Origin: an uncultured Anaerolineaceae bacterium
Lineage (GTDB): Bacteria; Chloroflexota; Limnocylindria; Limnocylindrales; CSP1-4
Reading direction: 5' to 3'
DNA: 64,000 nt
Assembly: GCA_964513505.1 (NCBI GenBank)
Contig: CAZENL010000003.1
Location: forward strand, 8 to 64,007
Shown here: piece by piece, positions 52,821-63,210 of the stretch
How positions within the stretch are numbered: the stretch's first letter is position 1
Layout: every line of letters begins with the position of its first letter
Position numbers and translations under genes: made by a program
Notes under the pieces: model-generated
The model's input: the letters and a program-made list of their open reading frames with translations, nothing else
Told to the model about the DNA's origin: nothing
Database searches by the model: none

Positions 52821-53587
52821 CGGGCGTCCACGGCTCGCTCGCACTCGTTCGGCATGGCGAATCGATCTGGGTGGCCCAGGACCGCTTCCAGGGCCAGTCA
52901 GATCCGCCGCTCTCACCGCTTGGGGAACGCCAGGCCGCGCTCGTTGGGGCGCGCCTGGCCGACCCAACGGCCAGCCCGGCCCTGCCGTTGCCCGGCTCGG
53001 CGCCCATCGGAATCTGGTACTCACCGCTGAAACGGGCCGCGTCCACGGCTGCGGCCATCGCTGCCGCGCGCGGCAATGACGTGCCGCTCCACGCCGATGC
53101 GCGGCTCATGGAGCTCGCGCAGGGAGCGTGGGAGGGCCTCACCAATGCGGAAGTGACGGCCCGATACGGCCCCGAGCTGGCCGCCTGGCGCGAGGACCCA
53201 TTGCACAACTGGGCCCCCGGCGGAGAGTCCATCCTGGACGGCTCGCGGCGCCTGCGCGGCGCTCTCGACGACGTGGTCGCGGCGCTCGGCGCGGCCGGGA
53301 CGTCCGCTGCGTACGGGACGGATCCGGTCCTCGGCTACGGAGGAGCAACGTCAGGCCGTCCATGGGCGATCGTGGCCGCCCACGACGGCGTTCTGCGGCT
53401 GGCACTGATGCATCTGATCGGCGTGCCGCTCGAACGCTACTGGAGCCTTCCCTTCGCGCTGTGTTCGGTCACGGTCGTGGAGATCAGCGGCGGTCGCGCC
53501 CGCCTGCGGGCCCACAACCTGGCGGAGCACCTGGCCTCACTGGCACTCCCAGCCCTGGCTGCCACCGACCGCGGCGGGGCGCTCTAG
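52799..53587 (+). CDS. Histidine phosphatase (phosphoglycerate mutase-like) family protein
   Basis: The sequence reads LALVRHGESIWVAQDRFQGQSDPPLSPLGERQA. The GTG at 52799 overlaps the serA end by 22 nt, and the start is somewhat uncertain. Confidence 0.8.
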   Translation: MADPARLAGVHGSLALVRHGESIWVAQDRFQGQSDPPLSPLGERQAALVGARLADPTASPALPLPGSAPIGIWYSPLKRAASTAAAIAAARGNDVPLHADARLMELAQGAWEGLTNAEVTARYGPELAAWREDPLHNWAPGGESILDGSRRLRGALDDVVAALGAAGTSAAYGTDPVLGYGGATSGRPWAIVAAHDGVLRLALMHLIGVPLERYWSLPFALCSVTVVEISGGRARLRAHNLAEHLASLALPALAATDRGGAL

Positions 53588-53615
53588 CCTCGGAGCGCGC
53601 CCGCCGGACCGCGAT

Positions 53616-55961
53616 CTACTTCGTCCGGCGCCGTAGCACCAGGCGGAACAAGCCCAGCCGGACCTTGCGGTAGGCGTTGCGCAGCGCCTCGGCGGTCGAG
53701 CCGGTGGGCATGCGGCGGGCATAGGTCAGCTCCACCTTGGCGTGCGCGACCACGTACAGCTCGGTCTTGATGCCCGGCAGAACCTCGCCCAGGGCGCCGG
53801 CGTACTCGTAGGCCGTCTGCGACGGATTGGTGGCATAGCCAAGCCGTGCGGCCAGGCGGGTCATGCGTTCGTACGCGGCATCCGGACCGCGAGCGCCCTG
53901 GCGCCGGCGCCGGAACGTTGCGATCAGCACCAACACCACGGCAAGCACCAGGAGTCCCGTGACGGCCAGCAGGCTGACCAGGCCCGTATCGGCCGGCGGT
54001 GGAGGCGTGAGCGGCTTGCCCCCGTTCGGGTCGTTCGGCTCGGGGAAGGCGGCCGGGTCCCGGACCGTCGGAGCGGCCGAGCTTCCGGCGCCCGGGCTCG
54101 TCGACGGATGCGCCACGGTCGTCCCCTGCGGCAGCGCGGTCGGCGTCCGCCCGTTTCCGTTGTTGCCCGGCGTGGGATCGAAGCGCAGCCACCCGTAGCC
54201 TGGGAAGTAGACCTCCACCCAGGCATGGGCGGCGCTGAGATCGACCTCGCGCGAGTTGTCCGCCATCAGGCGGCCCGGCAGGTAGCCCTCCACCAATCGC
54301 GCCGGAATGCCCTGGGTCCGCAGCAGCATGGTCATGGCCGAGGCGTAGTGCATGCAGTAGCCCACCTTGTGGACCAGCAGGCAGTCGACGATGCTCTCCC
54401 GGCCGCAGACCCCGCGCACGTCCGTGCTGTAGCGGAAGTTGGTGGTGTCGTTGAAGAACGTCTGCATCGCAAGCGCGATGTGGTACGGGTCGCGCTGGTC
54501 GGCACGCAGCTGGCTCACCAACTGGTTTGCCGTGTCATACGCAATCTGCCCGATGGAGTTCGGCTCGATCACGGTGTATGACTCCACCCAAGCCGGATAG
54601 GTGGTGCCGGCCGCAGCGAGCATGCTCGCGGTGACCCCCAACTTGGGATCCGTGCTCGGCACGGCGGACGTCACCGTGTAGCTGTCACCCGGGTCAACCG
54701 CTTGGGCCAGATCGATGCGCGCGAGCGTCGCGTCGGGCCCGACCGTACGAATGACGGTGTCGCGATCCACCTTGATGGGTGTCTCCGGCGCGAGCATCGT
54801 GCCGCCGGCCAGGGCCAGGGACGTCACGCGAGCACTGACCAGGCGGCGGCCCGGCGAGCTTGCGGTGATCTGCTCCGGGTTGTCGCCAAGGACATCCGCG
54901 TTGGTGGCCACGTCCTCCGAGCTGCTGACGTCCTGGTACCACGTCAGCCCATCGAAGCGGTCGAAAGCCGCGCCGCGCCAGTAGTACGCGCCGTTGTCGC
55001 TGGTCGTGGCGCGGAAGACGGGCTCGTCTGACGACTCCCAGATGCCGCGAATGGTCTCGGCTGACCCGAACAGACCGCCGATCTGCCGGGTCGTGCCCGT
55101 GACTCCGCCGACCAGGCGGTTGATGGAAACCGCCAGATTGGCGAGCGGATCATCCAGGTCACGCCAGAAGCTCTGGAGCGGCGCGGACGATGCGGTCGCG
55201 GCCAGCAGCACCGAGCCCACCAACGTGAACGCCACGAACAAGGCGCCGCCGCGCAGCAGCAGCGCACCCGCCTCGGAACCTGCGATGTGCCGCCGCCGCC
55301 AGCCCTGCTCCTGCTGGACCAGGTTCAGGCGGATGAGCAGCAGCATGGAAGCGACCGCGAGGACGATCAGGTGGATGTACTGGACCTTGATCGTGATCGA
55401 CATGTTGATCAGCAGCACCAGCCCGATGGCGGTCACGGCCGGCATGGCGCGGTTGCGTCGGAACACGTTGTACGCGGAGAAGTAGCCGGTCGTGAACGCG
55501 ATGGCGCCGACCACCAGCACGAATGCGGACGTCTCGGTGGAACGGGCACCCAGCACGAAGACATCGCTCACGAACAGCCCGAACGAGTCGCTCAGCTCGC
55601 GCAGGCGGCCGAGCAGCGTCGAGGCGGACGAGATGGCATTGGCGGACAAGACCAGCACCAGACCTGCCCCGAACACGCCGGCCACCAGATGCGCACGAGC
55701 GGTGCGCACGTGGGACTTGCCGAAGACCAGGCCCATGGCCCCCGCCAGCAGCAGCAGGCCGGGCAGGAACGCCGTCTGGCTGCCACCCAGCGGCGCATCG
55801 CCGACCCAGCGCGAATCGTCGACGGCCACGCCGACCGTGAAGAGCATCACGGCCAGCAGCAACACGCTCAGCCAACCCTGATGCGGCCCGGCGATCAGCT
55901 GTTGGAGGCGCGAGACCGGTGGCTCGGCGAAACGGTTGCGGGGATTGGTGACGGCGGTCAT
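53616..55961 (-). CDS. Transglutaminase-domain membrane protein (TgpA-like)
   Basis: A multi-TM N-terminal half precedes a transglutaminase core (GYCMHYASAMTMLLRTQGIPARLVEGY ... AHAWVEVYFPGYGWLRFDPTP). Confidence 0.9.
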   Translation of the reverse strand: MTAVTNPRNRFAEPPVSRLQQLIAGPHQGWLSVLLLAVMLFTVGVAVDDSRWVGDAPLGGSQTAFLPGLLLLAGAMGLVFGKSHVRTARAHLVAGVFGAGLVLVLSANAISSASTLLGRLRELSDSFGLFVSDVFVLGARSTETSAFVLVVGAIAFTTGYFSAYNVFRRNRAMPAVTAIGLVLLINMSITIKVQYIHLIVLAVASMLLLIRLNLVQQEQGWRRRHIAGSEAGALLLRGGALFVAFTLVGSVLLAATASSAPLQSFWRDLDDPLANLAVSINRLVGGVTGTTRQIGGLFGSAETIRGIWESSDEPVFRATTSDNGAYYWRGAAFDRFDGLTWYQDVSSSEDVATNADVLGDNPEQITASSPGRRLVSARVTSLALAGGTMLAPETPIKVDRDTVIRTVGPDATLARIDLAQAVDPGDSYTVTSAVPSTDPKLGVTASMLAAAGTTYPAWVESYTVIEPNSIGQIAYDTANQLVSQLRADQRDPYHIALAMQTFFNDTTNFRYSTDVRGVCGRESIVDCLLVHKVGYCMHYASAMTMLLRTQGIPARLVEGYLPGRLMADNSREVDLSAAHAWVEVYFPGYGWLRFDPTPGNNGNGRTPTALPQGTTVAHPSTSPGAGSSAAPTVRDPAAFPEPNDPNGGKPLTPPPPADTGLVSLLAVTGLLVLAVVLVLIATFRRRRQGARGPDAAYERMTRLAARLGYATNPSQTAYEYAGALGEVLPGIKTELYVVAHAKVELTYARRMPTGSTAEALRNAYRKVRLGLFRLVLRRRTK

Positions 55962-57223
55962 CGGACGGATGCCGCCATGCGCCCACCGACCGTGATCATC
56001 TGGTCCGCCAGCGGGACCCGGGGTACCAGCACGTACGACTTGAGCTCGTGCTCGGCCAGCGTGTAGCGCAACGCGCGCAGCGCGTGAGCACGGCTCTCGA
56101 CGAGCGCCGGGCTGAGCCCTCCCGTGCCCTCCAGCGACGCCTGGTCGTGGGCTGACGGATCCAGCAGGATCACCACCGCGACCACACCCCGGGTGCGCAG
56201 GGTCGTGAGCGGCCGGATCCAGCTGCGATCCAGCGACGGAGTGATGACCACCGCGGTCATGCCCCTGCGCAGGCGCGGCAGCGTGTCCGTGAGCAGATCG
56301 CGCAACGGCGTGGAACCCACGGGTTGCACCGCCGCCAGCAACTGCATCACCTTCTGGTGCTGTCGAGCGCCGCGGTCGACGGGCAGGATCACGCGACGCT
56401 GGCCCTCGGCGGCCATGGCAACGGAGCGGTTGTCGACCAGCGCGCGAGCGGACACGGACGCGGCGACGCGCACGGCGGTCTCCACGGTCGCGTCGTCACC
56501 GCTGCCCGTATGCACCCGGGAATCGAGGTCCAGGATCAGCCACACGTCCGCGGTCTGCTCCAGCTCGAACTCCTTGACCTGGAGCTCCTGGTGCCGCGCG
56601 GAGCTCTTCCAGTGGATCCGGTTGTAGGCATCACCGGGAACGTACCCGCGCACGCTGGTCACCAGCGGCGAGGTCTGGATGGTTCGTTCCGGGTTGGTGC
56701 TGCTGCCCTCGATCGAGGCCGGTGGCAGGCGCCAGCGCGTGAGCACCTCTGCCACGGGATACACCACCACCGTGGTTCCCGAGCCGACGCTGGCCGACGA
56801 TTCGAAGAGGCCGAACGGGTCGCCCGTGCGAACCACCATGGGATCCACCTGGTAGTGGCCGCGCCGCACCAGCGGCACGCGGGCCACCCAGGAACGCTCC
56901 TGTCGCGGTCCGACGGAGATCGCCCGCCCGGGCAGCGGCGTTGGCAGCGTGGAGGGATTGAAGACCTCCAGCCACAGCTTGGGGAGGCGGCTGGCGTTGC
57001 GCACGGTGTAGGTGGCGCGCAGCATGTCGCCGACCTGCGCGTAGCGCCGGTCCAGGGAGTAGCCGGCCTCCAGGTCCGAGAGGCCGAAGCGGGTCAGCAC
57101 GTAGCCGCCGCCGATGGCCAGGATGCCCAGGTAGACCAGGAAAAAGACGAAGTCGGCACCGGTCGAGAACGCGCCGATCACCAGGACCAGCGCGACGATG
57201 GCGAACTCCAGCCGCCGAATCAT
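55958..57223 (-). CDS. DUF58 domain protein
   Basis: The sequence reads RGYVPGDAYNRIHWKSSARHQELQVKEFE..DVWLILD. There is a 4-nt overlap with the downstream transglutaminase gene. Confidence 0.88.
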   Translation of the reverse strand: MIRRLEFAIVALVLVIGAFSTGADFVFFLVYLGILAIGGGYVLTRFGLSDLEAGYSLDRRYAQVGDMLRATYTVRNASRLPKLWLEVFNPSTLPTPLPGRAISVGPRQERSWVARVPLVRRGHYQVDPMVVRTGDPFGLFESSASVGSGTTVVVYPVAEVLTRWRLPPASIEGSSTNPERTIQTSPLVTSVRGYVPGDAYNRIHWKSSARHQELQVKEFELEQTADVWLILDLDSRVHTGSGDDATVETAVRVAASVSARALVDNRSVAMAAEGQRRVILPVDRGARQHQKVMQLLAAVQPVGSTPLRDLLTDTLPRLRRGMTAVVITPSLDRSWIRPLTTLRTRGVVAVVILLDPSAHDQASLEGTGGLSPALVESRAHALRALRYTLAEHELKSYVLVPRVPLADQMITVGGRMAASVR

Positions 57224-57259
57224 GGACCGGGACCGCCTCAGGACCGAGCGCCGACGGCG

Positions 57260-58390
57260 CTACGCCGGCCGAACCGAGGGGCGGCCACTCCGTGCCGGCG
57301 GCGCCTCCACCGGGATGGCGTCCAGGAGTTCCCGCACGATCAGCCGCGGATCCACGTCGCGAATCGACGCCGCCGTCTTGATGATCAGGCGGTGCGCGAG
57401 CGCGGGCTCGGCCAGCTCCTTGACGTCGTCGGGGATGACGTAGTCGCGACCCGCCAGCGCGGCATAGGCCTGTCCTGCCCGGTACAACGCCAGCGAGCCG
57501 CGCGGCGACGCGCCCAGGTAGACGTCGGGGTGAGTCCGGGTCGCGTTCACCAGCCGCACGATGTACTCGGAGACGACCGGGTCCACGTAGATCTCGCGGA
57601 CGCCGTCTTGCATGGTGATCAGGTCTTCCACGCTGGCCACCTCCTCGATGGCCTCCAGCGGATGCGCCCGCTTCTGCTGGTCGAGGATCAACATCTCCTC
57701 GAGCGGCTGCGGATAGCCCATGCGCAAGCGGAGCATGAAGCGGTCCAGCTGGGCCTCCGGCAGCGCGAACGTGCCTTCGTACTCGATGGGGTTCTGGGTG
57801 GCGATGACCAGGAACGGAACCGGCATCGGATAGGTGGTGCCGTCAACCGTCATGTGCCGCTCTTCCATGGACTCGAGCAGCGCCGACTGGGTCTTGGGGG
57901 TGGCGCGGTTGATCTCGTCCGCGAGCACGATCTGGCTCATGATCGGGCCGGGCCGGAACTCGAACTCCTGGGTCTTCTGGTTGTAGATGCTCAGGCCCGT
58001 GACGTCCGTGGGGAGCAGGTCCGGCGTGAACTGGATGCGCCGGAAGCTGCAGCCGAGCGACTTGGCGATGGCCTTGGCGAGCACGGTCTTGCCGGTTCCG
58101 GGCACGTCCTCTATCAGCAGGTGGCCCTGGCACAGCAGCGCGACCAGCGCGAGGCGCACTTCGCGATGCTTGCCGACGATGACGCGCTCGACATTCGCGG
58201 CAACTTTCTCGCCGGATTCACGGATGCTGGTCACTGGCTCGGTCCTCGTTCGCTGCCCTGGGTTCGCATCGACGGGTCCCCACAGCCCGGATTCCGGCGG
58301 CGCGTTGTGGGATGGTACGTCGGATGCCACCGGTTGGTTCCATGGTGCAGGTTCGGGGAGCCCAGGCGCCGGACCCAGTGGAATGGCCAT
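57260..58390 (-). CDS. moxR: MoxR-type AAA+ ATPase
   Basis: The sequence reads [18 protein letters not shown] and [23 protein letters not shown]. The N-terminal ~50 aa are Pro-rich, so the start may be further downstream. Confidence 0.88.
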   Translation of the reverse strand: MAIPLGPAPGLPEPAPWNQPVASDVPSHNAPPESGLWGPVDANPGQRTRTEPVTSIRESGEKVAANVERVIVGKHREVRLALVALLCQGHLLIEDVPGTGKTVLAKAIAKSLGCSFRRIQFTPDLLPTDVTGLSIYNQKTQEFEFRPGPIMSQIVLADEINRATPKTQSALLESMEERHMTVDGTTYPMPVPFLVIATQNPIEYEGTFALPEAQLDRFMLRLRMGYPQPLEEMLILDQQKRAHPLEAIEEVASVEDLITMQDGVREIYVDPVVSEYIVRLVNATRTHPDVYLGASPRGSLALYRAGQAYAALAGRDYVIPDDVKELAEPALAHRLIIKTAASIRDVDPRLIVRELLDAIPVEAPPARSGRPSVRPA

Positions 58391-58447
58391 CTACCCGGAG
58401 ACGCTGCGCCCGGACCGTCCGTGACGCCGCGGCGAGAGTGCCCTGGC

Positions 58448-59992
58448 TCAGCCGCCGCTGTGCTGCCGGAGGTACAGACTCATCAGGTCGCCGCCCATCG
58501 GAACCGCGCGCTGGCTACCGGTCCCTGCCCGCTCCACGATCACGGCCACCGCGATCTGCGGGTTGTCCGCTGGCGCAAAGCCGATGAACCAGCTGTTGGG
58601 GTTGCGGCCGGTGCCGAGTTCGGCCGTGCCGCTCTTGCCGGCCGTGGTGACGCCGGGGACCGCGGCGCCGCCTGCGTAGCCCGCTGAGAAGGGGCCGTTG
58701 ACAGCCCGGACCATGGCATCGCGGATCTCCGCGGCCGTGTTGGCGCTCATCGCCTGGCGGATCTCCGACGGGTCGATGGTGCGGACCCGCCCGGCGGCCG
58801 ACTCGAGCCGGTCGACGAGCGTCGGTTTCATCAGCACGCCATTGTTGCCGATCGCGCAGGCCACCAGCGCCATCTGGAGCGGCGTGGCCAGCACCTGGGC
58901 CTGCCCGTAGGCGGCGTTGGCCAGCTCGACCTGGTCCTGAAAGCCGTCCAGCGGCCCATTGCCGTCGGTGACCTGGCTGGTCGAGGTTGGCAACTCGAAT
59001 GGAATCGGTTGTCCGAATCCCAGCGCGGCCGCCCAGCGCTGGAGGTTGGCGGCACCCGTGTCGAGCGCCACGTGCGCGAAGTAGATGTTGCTGGAGACCT
59101 CGGTCGCCTCCGGAAACGTGAGCGGGTGGTCCAGCTGCACCGTTCGCGGGGCGTCGTGGATGGTGAAACCCTGCACCTTGAAGCCGGTCCGGTACTGGGC
59201 CGGCTGACGGTCGTAGGTGGTCTGCGGCGTGATGGACCCGGACTCGAGGGCCGCCGTTGCGGTCACCATCTTGAACACGGAACCGGGCACGTAGAGGCCC
59301 TGCGTGGCGCGATTCAGCAGCGGCGAACCAGGATTTGCGCGCAGCTGATCCAGGTAGTCGCGCGCCGTTGAGATGTCCGCCAGCTGATTCGGATCAAACG
59401 ACGGCGTGCTGGCCATGGCCAGGATCCGGCCGGTGCTCGGCTCGATGGCCACCACGGCACCGCGATCGTTGCCGAGCAACCGGACCGCCTCCTGCTGGAG
59501 TCGCAGGTCAACCGAGAGGTGCAGGTCGCTCGGGTCGTAGGGGTCGGCGCGGAACTTGCGCAGCAGCTGGTCGGCCGCGCCCGACTGGTCCAGGCCGATC
59601 AGCTCGCTGTTCCAGGCGTTCTCGAGGCCAGAGGTCCCGAAGAGGAGGCTCTTGTAGCCGACGATCGGGGCCATCTCGGGGTACGGGTACCGTCGAGTGC
59701 GCGCCTGGGCACTCCCCACGGTCTGCGCCACGACCACGCCCTGGCTGTCGTAGATGGTGCCGCGTGGCGCGCTCCGTTCGGCGGCCTGTGACAGCGGATT
59801 GGCAGGATCCGCGGTGAGCGGTCCCGCCTGCACGATTTGCCACCAGCCGAGGCCCGCCGCGAGGCCCGCGTACAGCAGCACGATCACCAGTGAGAGGCGC
59901 ACCAGCGCGGTGCCTATTCCCGGCGCGGTATTGCCCCCCGCTCGACCGGGGTCCGCGGGGCTCAGCCCGTTCTCCGAGCCGCCGGTCACCAC
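58448..59992 (-). CDS. pbpA: Class B penicillin-binding protein (PBP2/PbpA-type transpeptidase)
   Basis: It has SxxK (GSVFK), SxN (SSN) and KSG (KSGTAE) motifs and an N-terminal TM helix. Confidence 0.92.
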   Translation of the reverse strand: MVTGGSENGLSPADPGRAGGNTAPGIGTALVRLSLVIVLLYAGLAAGLGWWQIVQAGPLTADPANPLSQAAERSAPRGTIYDSQGVVVAQTVGSAQARTRRYPYPEMAPIVGYKSLLFGTSGLENAWNSELIGLDQSGAADQLLRKFRADPYDPSDLHLSVDLRLQQEAVRLLGNDRGAVVAIEPSTGRILAMASTPSFDPNQLADISTARDYLDQLRANPGSPLLNRATQGLYVPGSVFKMVTATAALESGSITPQTTYDRQPAQYRTGFKVQGFTIHDAPRTVQLDHPLTFPEATEVSSNIYFAHVALDTGAANLQRWAAALGFGQPIPFELPTSTSQVTDGNGPLDGFQDQVELANAAYGQAQVLATPLQMALVACAIGNNGVLMKPTLVDRLESAAGRVRTIDPSEIRQAMSANTAAEIRDAMVRAVNGPFSAGYAGGAAVPGVTTAGKSGTAELGTGRNPNSWFIGFAPADNPQIAVAVIVERAGTGSQRAVPMGGDLMSLYLRQHSGG

Positions 59993-61539
59993 TGCACCTC
60001 GTGATCCGGCTCGCTCTTGGGGACGAACGCCGAATCCTCGAACTCCGGCTCAAGGTCCGGCGCGACATTCGGCGGCGGGAGCTGGCGCTGCGGAGGCGGG
60101 ATTGCGCGCGCGTGCCGAAGGGGCGGCGGCAGGACGCGGCCGAGACCGCGGTCGCTGAGCGCCAGCAGCAGTCCGACCACGATCGCGTTGGCCAGCAGCG
60201 ACGAGCCGCCGTAGCTGATGAACGGCAGCGTGATCCCGGTGAGTGGCACCAGCTTGAGGTTGCCCCCGATGATGAGACCCGCCTGGAGCACGATGACCAG
60301 CGTCAGGCCGGTCGCCAGGAGCGCCTGGAACTCGTCGCCGGCACGCGCGGCGATGTGGAAGCCGCGCGCCGCGATCAGCAGGTAGAGGGCACAGATGGCC
60401 AGCGCTCCGACCAGCCCCAACTCCTCTCCCAGGGCCGCGAACACGAAGTCCGTGTGGATGGCCGGGATCGCCGGAACGCTGCCGACCTGCGGCAGGCCGG
60501 CGCCAAGGCCCGTCCCGAGCACGCCTCCCCGGCCGAAGGCGTACAGACCCCGGATGACCTGGTAGCCCGCCCCGAGCGGATCGGCGAACGGGTCGAGCCA
60601 GATGTCCACGCGGGTCCGGACACGCCCGACCAGCTCGTAGAGCAGCACGCTGCCGAGGACGAAGAGAACCATCCCCAGGAGCACGTAGGACAGGCGCCTC
60701 GTGGCCACGTAGAGCAGGCCAAGGAAGACGGAGAAGAAGAGCAGCGCCGCGCCAAGGTCACTCTGGAAGATCACCACGGCCATGGCGATTCCCCACATGC
60801 CCAGCATCGGCAGCAGGTATTGGAGCGGCGGCAGGCTGACCGGACCCACGCGCCAGCTCTGGCCGGCGAGCAATTGCCGGTTGTCGGCCAGGTACGCGGC
60901 AAGGAACACCACCAGGATGACTTTCAGCAGTTCCGACGGCTGTCCGGTGAACGGACCGATCGTCAGCGAAAGGCGCGCGCCGTTGACCTCGTCGCCGAGC
61001 ACGAACACCAGCAGCAGCAGGCCGATGCCGGCCGCGGCCCAGGTGTAGCGGTAGTAGCGCAGCCAGCCGTCTTGCCGGACGAACACGGCGATCAATGCCA
61101 TCAATGCCAGGGACACACACAGCCAGAACAGCTGGAGCGGTGCCAGCTCCAGCCGCGCCCCGAAGATCTGCTGGACCACCAGGTCCTGCGGCAGCCTCTC
61201 CATGAGCAGCAACGACAAGCCACCGAGCATGGCAACCGCCGGCAACAGGATCTGGTCCATGTGCCGTCCGGTCACCACGAACGCCACGTGGATCACCGCG
61301 AGCACCGCCGCGTAGCTCAGCAACGGGGAGAAATCCCCCGCGGTGATGGTGCCGGCCCGCAGTGAGGCGAGGCTCATCCAGCCAACGAACAGGGTCAGTC
61401 CCACCAGCAGCAGCAGGCCGAATTCGCGCTGCCTGGCACGCGGCCGGATACCGGCACGCCAGACTCCGCGGCGCACGGCGCTGGCTCGGTCATCCATGCG
61501 CTGGCGGGCGCCCGCGATCCCGGGTGTGGCCCCGCTCAC
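59986..61539 (-). CDS. rodA: SEDS family peptidoglycan glycosyltransferase (RodA/FtsW)
   Basis: It is a protein of about 10 TM helices with FtsW/RodA/SpoVE sequence character throughout. There is a 7-nt overlap with the PBP gene. Confidence 0.9.
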   Translation of the reverse strand: MSGATPGIAGARQRMDDRASAVRRGVWRAGIRPRARQREFGLLLLVGLTLFVGWMSLASLRAGTITAGDFSPLLSYAAVLAVIHVAFVVTGRHMDQILLPAVAMLGGLSLLLMERLPQDLVVQQIFGARLELAPLQLFWLCVSLALMALIAVFVRQDGWLRYYRYTWAAAGIGLLLLVFVLGDEVNGARLSLTIGPFTGQPSELLKVILVVFLAAYLADNRQLLAGQSWRVGPVSLPPLQYLLPMLGMWGIAMAVVIFQSDLGAALLFFSVFLGLLYVATRRLSYVLLGMVLFVLGSVLLYELVGRVRTRVDIWLDPFADPLGAGYQVIRGLYAFGRGGVLGTGLGAGLPQVGSVPAIPAIHTDFVFAALGEELGLVGALAICALYLLIAARGFHIAARAGDEFQALLATGLTLVIVLQAGLIIGGNLKLVPLTGITLPFISYGGSSLLANAIVVGLLLALSDRGLGRVLPPPLRHARAIPPPQRQLPPPNVAPDLEPEFEDSAFVPKSEPDHEVQW

Positions 61540-61599
61540 GGTGCCGCGCCCCGTGCCTGCGGATGCCGGTCCCGCCGCGTCATCGCCAGCCCTGCCGCG

Positions 61600-62064
61600 T
61601 CATCGGCGGCCTCGTGGCTCCCGCTCGGTGACCGGCGGGCGCTCCAGCCGTAGTCGGACGCTGCCCAGGCCGATCTCATCACCGTAGCCAAGGGGAACCA
61701 CGCCCTGGACCGGCTGGCCGTTGAGGAACGTCCCGTTGGTCGAGCCACGATCCTCCAGGAACCAGACGCGCCCGCGGAAGGTGAGCATCGCGTGGTCGGC
61801 GGAAACAAACTCGTCGTCGACCATGACGCTGTTGTTCACGTCGCGCCCGAGCGTGGTGACCGCGTCAAGGGGAAGCGAGGCGCCCGCGGGCGGCTGGCCC
61901 TGCGGCGAGGCGATCACCAGCAGACGCCCGAGCGGGCTGCTGGCCCCGCGCACCGCCGCCCGGATGTCCCGCCAGAGCAGCCGGACGACGACGAAGAAGA
62001 ACACATAGATCAGCGCCACGAAAGCGAGGCGCAGAACCCACAGGCTGAGCGTGAACGGATCCAT
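61600..62064 (-). CDS. fhaB: Membrane-anchored FHA domain protein (FhaB/FipA-like)
   Basis: An N-terminal TM helix precedes an FHA core (TLGRDVNNSVMVDDEFVSADHAMLTFRGRVWFLEDRGSTNGTFLNG). Confidence 0.88.
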   Translation of the reverse strand: MDPFTLSLWVLRLAFVALIYVFFFVVVRLLWRDIRAAVRGASSPLGRLLVIASPQGQPPAGASLPLDAVTTLGRDVNNSVMVDDEFVSADHAMLTFRGRVWFLEDRGSTNGTFLNGQPVQGVVPLGYGDEIGLGSVRLRLERPPVTEREPRGRR

Positions 62065-62082
62065 TGGCGCTCCGGCGCCCGA

Positions 62083-63033
62083 TCAGGCGTGCGGCTGGAT
62101 GGTCAGCGTCGAGTTTCCCAGCCGGAGCACATCTCCGCTTCCGAGCACGATCTCGCGCACCCGCGATCCGTTCACGAACGAGCCGTTGGTGCTGCCGAGA
62201 TCGGTGAAGACCAGGTTTCCCTGGCGGGCGGACAGCTGTCCGTGGTGGCGCGAGACGCGCTCGTCGCGGAGCACGATCTCGTTGTCCGTGCCACGGCCGA
62301 TGCGCGCCGTTCCGCCGCGGAAGTCACAGGACGCCACGAACGCGCCCTGGGTGCGCACTTCGATTCGCGCCAGGGGCGGCAGAGCCATCGGCGCGGGCAC
62401 CGACTCGGTTGGGGTCAACGTGGCGGAGGGCGGCGGACCGGAGGGCGGCGGGGCGGCCGCGGTTACCGGCGGAGGCAAGTCGGCTGGGAGCTGAGGCGGC
62501 ACGGGCACCGGAAATGAGGCCGGCGACATGGCCGGCTGGGGTCCCCAGGCCGGAGAGACGACCGGCGCGACATGGACACCGCCCACCCCGAATACGCCCG
62601 TGCCGTGCCGGCCAACCGGCGCCCGCGCAGTTCCCAGGTCCATCTCGCCACCCGCGCCAGGACCATCCACCATCTCGGAGACCACGTCCATGTCGGCAAC
62701 CTGGATCCGCGGCGTGGCTTCGATGGCCACCGTCGGCCGCGCCAGCAGCCGGTAGCCGCGGGCGCGCGCTCGGGCGTGCAGCGCGTCGGCAAGCTCGTTC
62801 TCCAGGGTTTGCCGATAGCCGTCGAAGCCCTTGGCGTCTGCCGGGTTGAGTCGCACGCGGTAACGCGTCGGTACGTACGCGTGGTCGCCGCTGAAGACGC
62901 GGCCCGTATCCATGGCGCGCTCCAGCTTGCGCTGGATCTGGATCGGCTGGAGCGACGCGTGGAAGAGCCTGGCCGCAGGTCTCTCGAAGAGCCGCTCGAG
63001 CAACCGTTCGATCGCAGCGAAGGGGCGCGTCAT
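62083..63033 (-). CDS. fhaA: DUF3662 + FHA domain protein (FhaA-like)
   Basis: This is trimmed to the ATG at 63033 (MTRPFAAIERLLERLFE...). A Pro-rich linker precedes a C-terminal FHA domain (IGRGTDNEIVLRDERVSRHHGQLSARQGNLVFTDLGSTNGSFVNG). Confidence 0.88.
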   Translation of the reverse strand: MTRPFAAIERLLERLFERPAARLFHASLQPIQIQRKLERAMDTGRVFSGDHAYVPTRYRVRLNPADAKGFDGYRQTLENELADALHARARARGYRLLARPTVAIEATPRIQVADMDVVSEMVDGPGAGGEMDLGTARAPVGRHGTGVFGVGGVHVAPVVSPAWGPQPAMSPASFPVPVPPQLPADLPPPVTAAAPPPSGPPPSATLTPTESVPAPMALPPLARIEVRTQGAFVASCDFRGGTARIGRGTDNEIVLRDERVSRHHGQLSARQGNLVFTDLGSTNGSFVNGSRVREIVLGSGDVLRLGNSTLTIQPHA

Positions 63034-63210
63034 GGGGCGGCGGAGCTTACCAGAGGGGTCTGAAAACGCTCCGCGCGAGGATGGATTGGGCGTGCGGTAC
63101 GGGGTGGAGCAGGACCATCGCAAGGCGTCACCGGTACCCCTTTGTGACTAACACTCCGCGATCCAGAGCGCAGCATGCGCCCGAAAGCACACGAGGTCAG
63201 CCCGCGGTCC

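Noticed and set aside
50028-53024. A 998-aa minus-strand ORF antisense to the aminotransferase, serA and phosphatase genes
   Set aside because: It is low-complexity and Arg/Gly/Asp-rich, has no recognisable domain, and lies opposite three genes with strong family signatures.
53616-58390. The MoxR - DUF58 - transglutaminase triad as a novel system
   Set aside because: This three-gene arrangement is widespread and already recognised, although mechanistically obscure. Nothing unusual is seen here beyond a Pro-rich MoxR N-terminus.
56324-58687. A 787-aa plus-strand ORF antisense to the DUF58, MoxR and PBP genes
   Set aside because: This is the same shadow-frame pattern. The real genes on the minus strand carry Walker, DUF58 and SxxK motifs.
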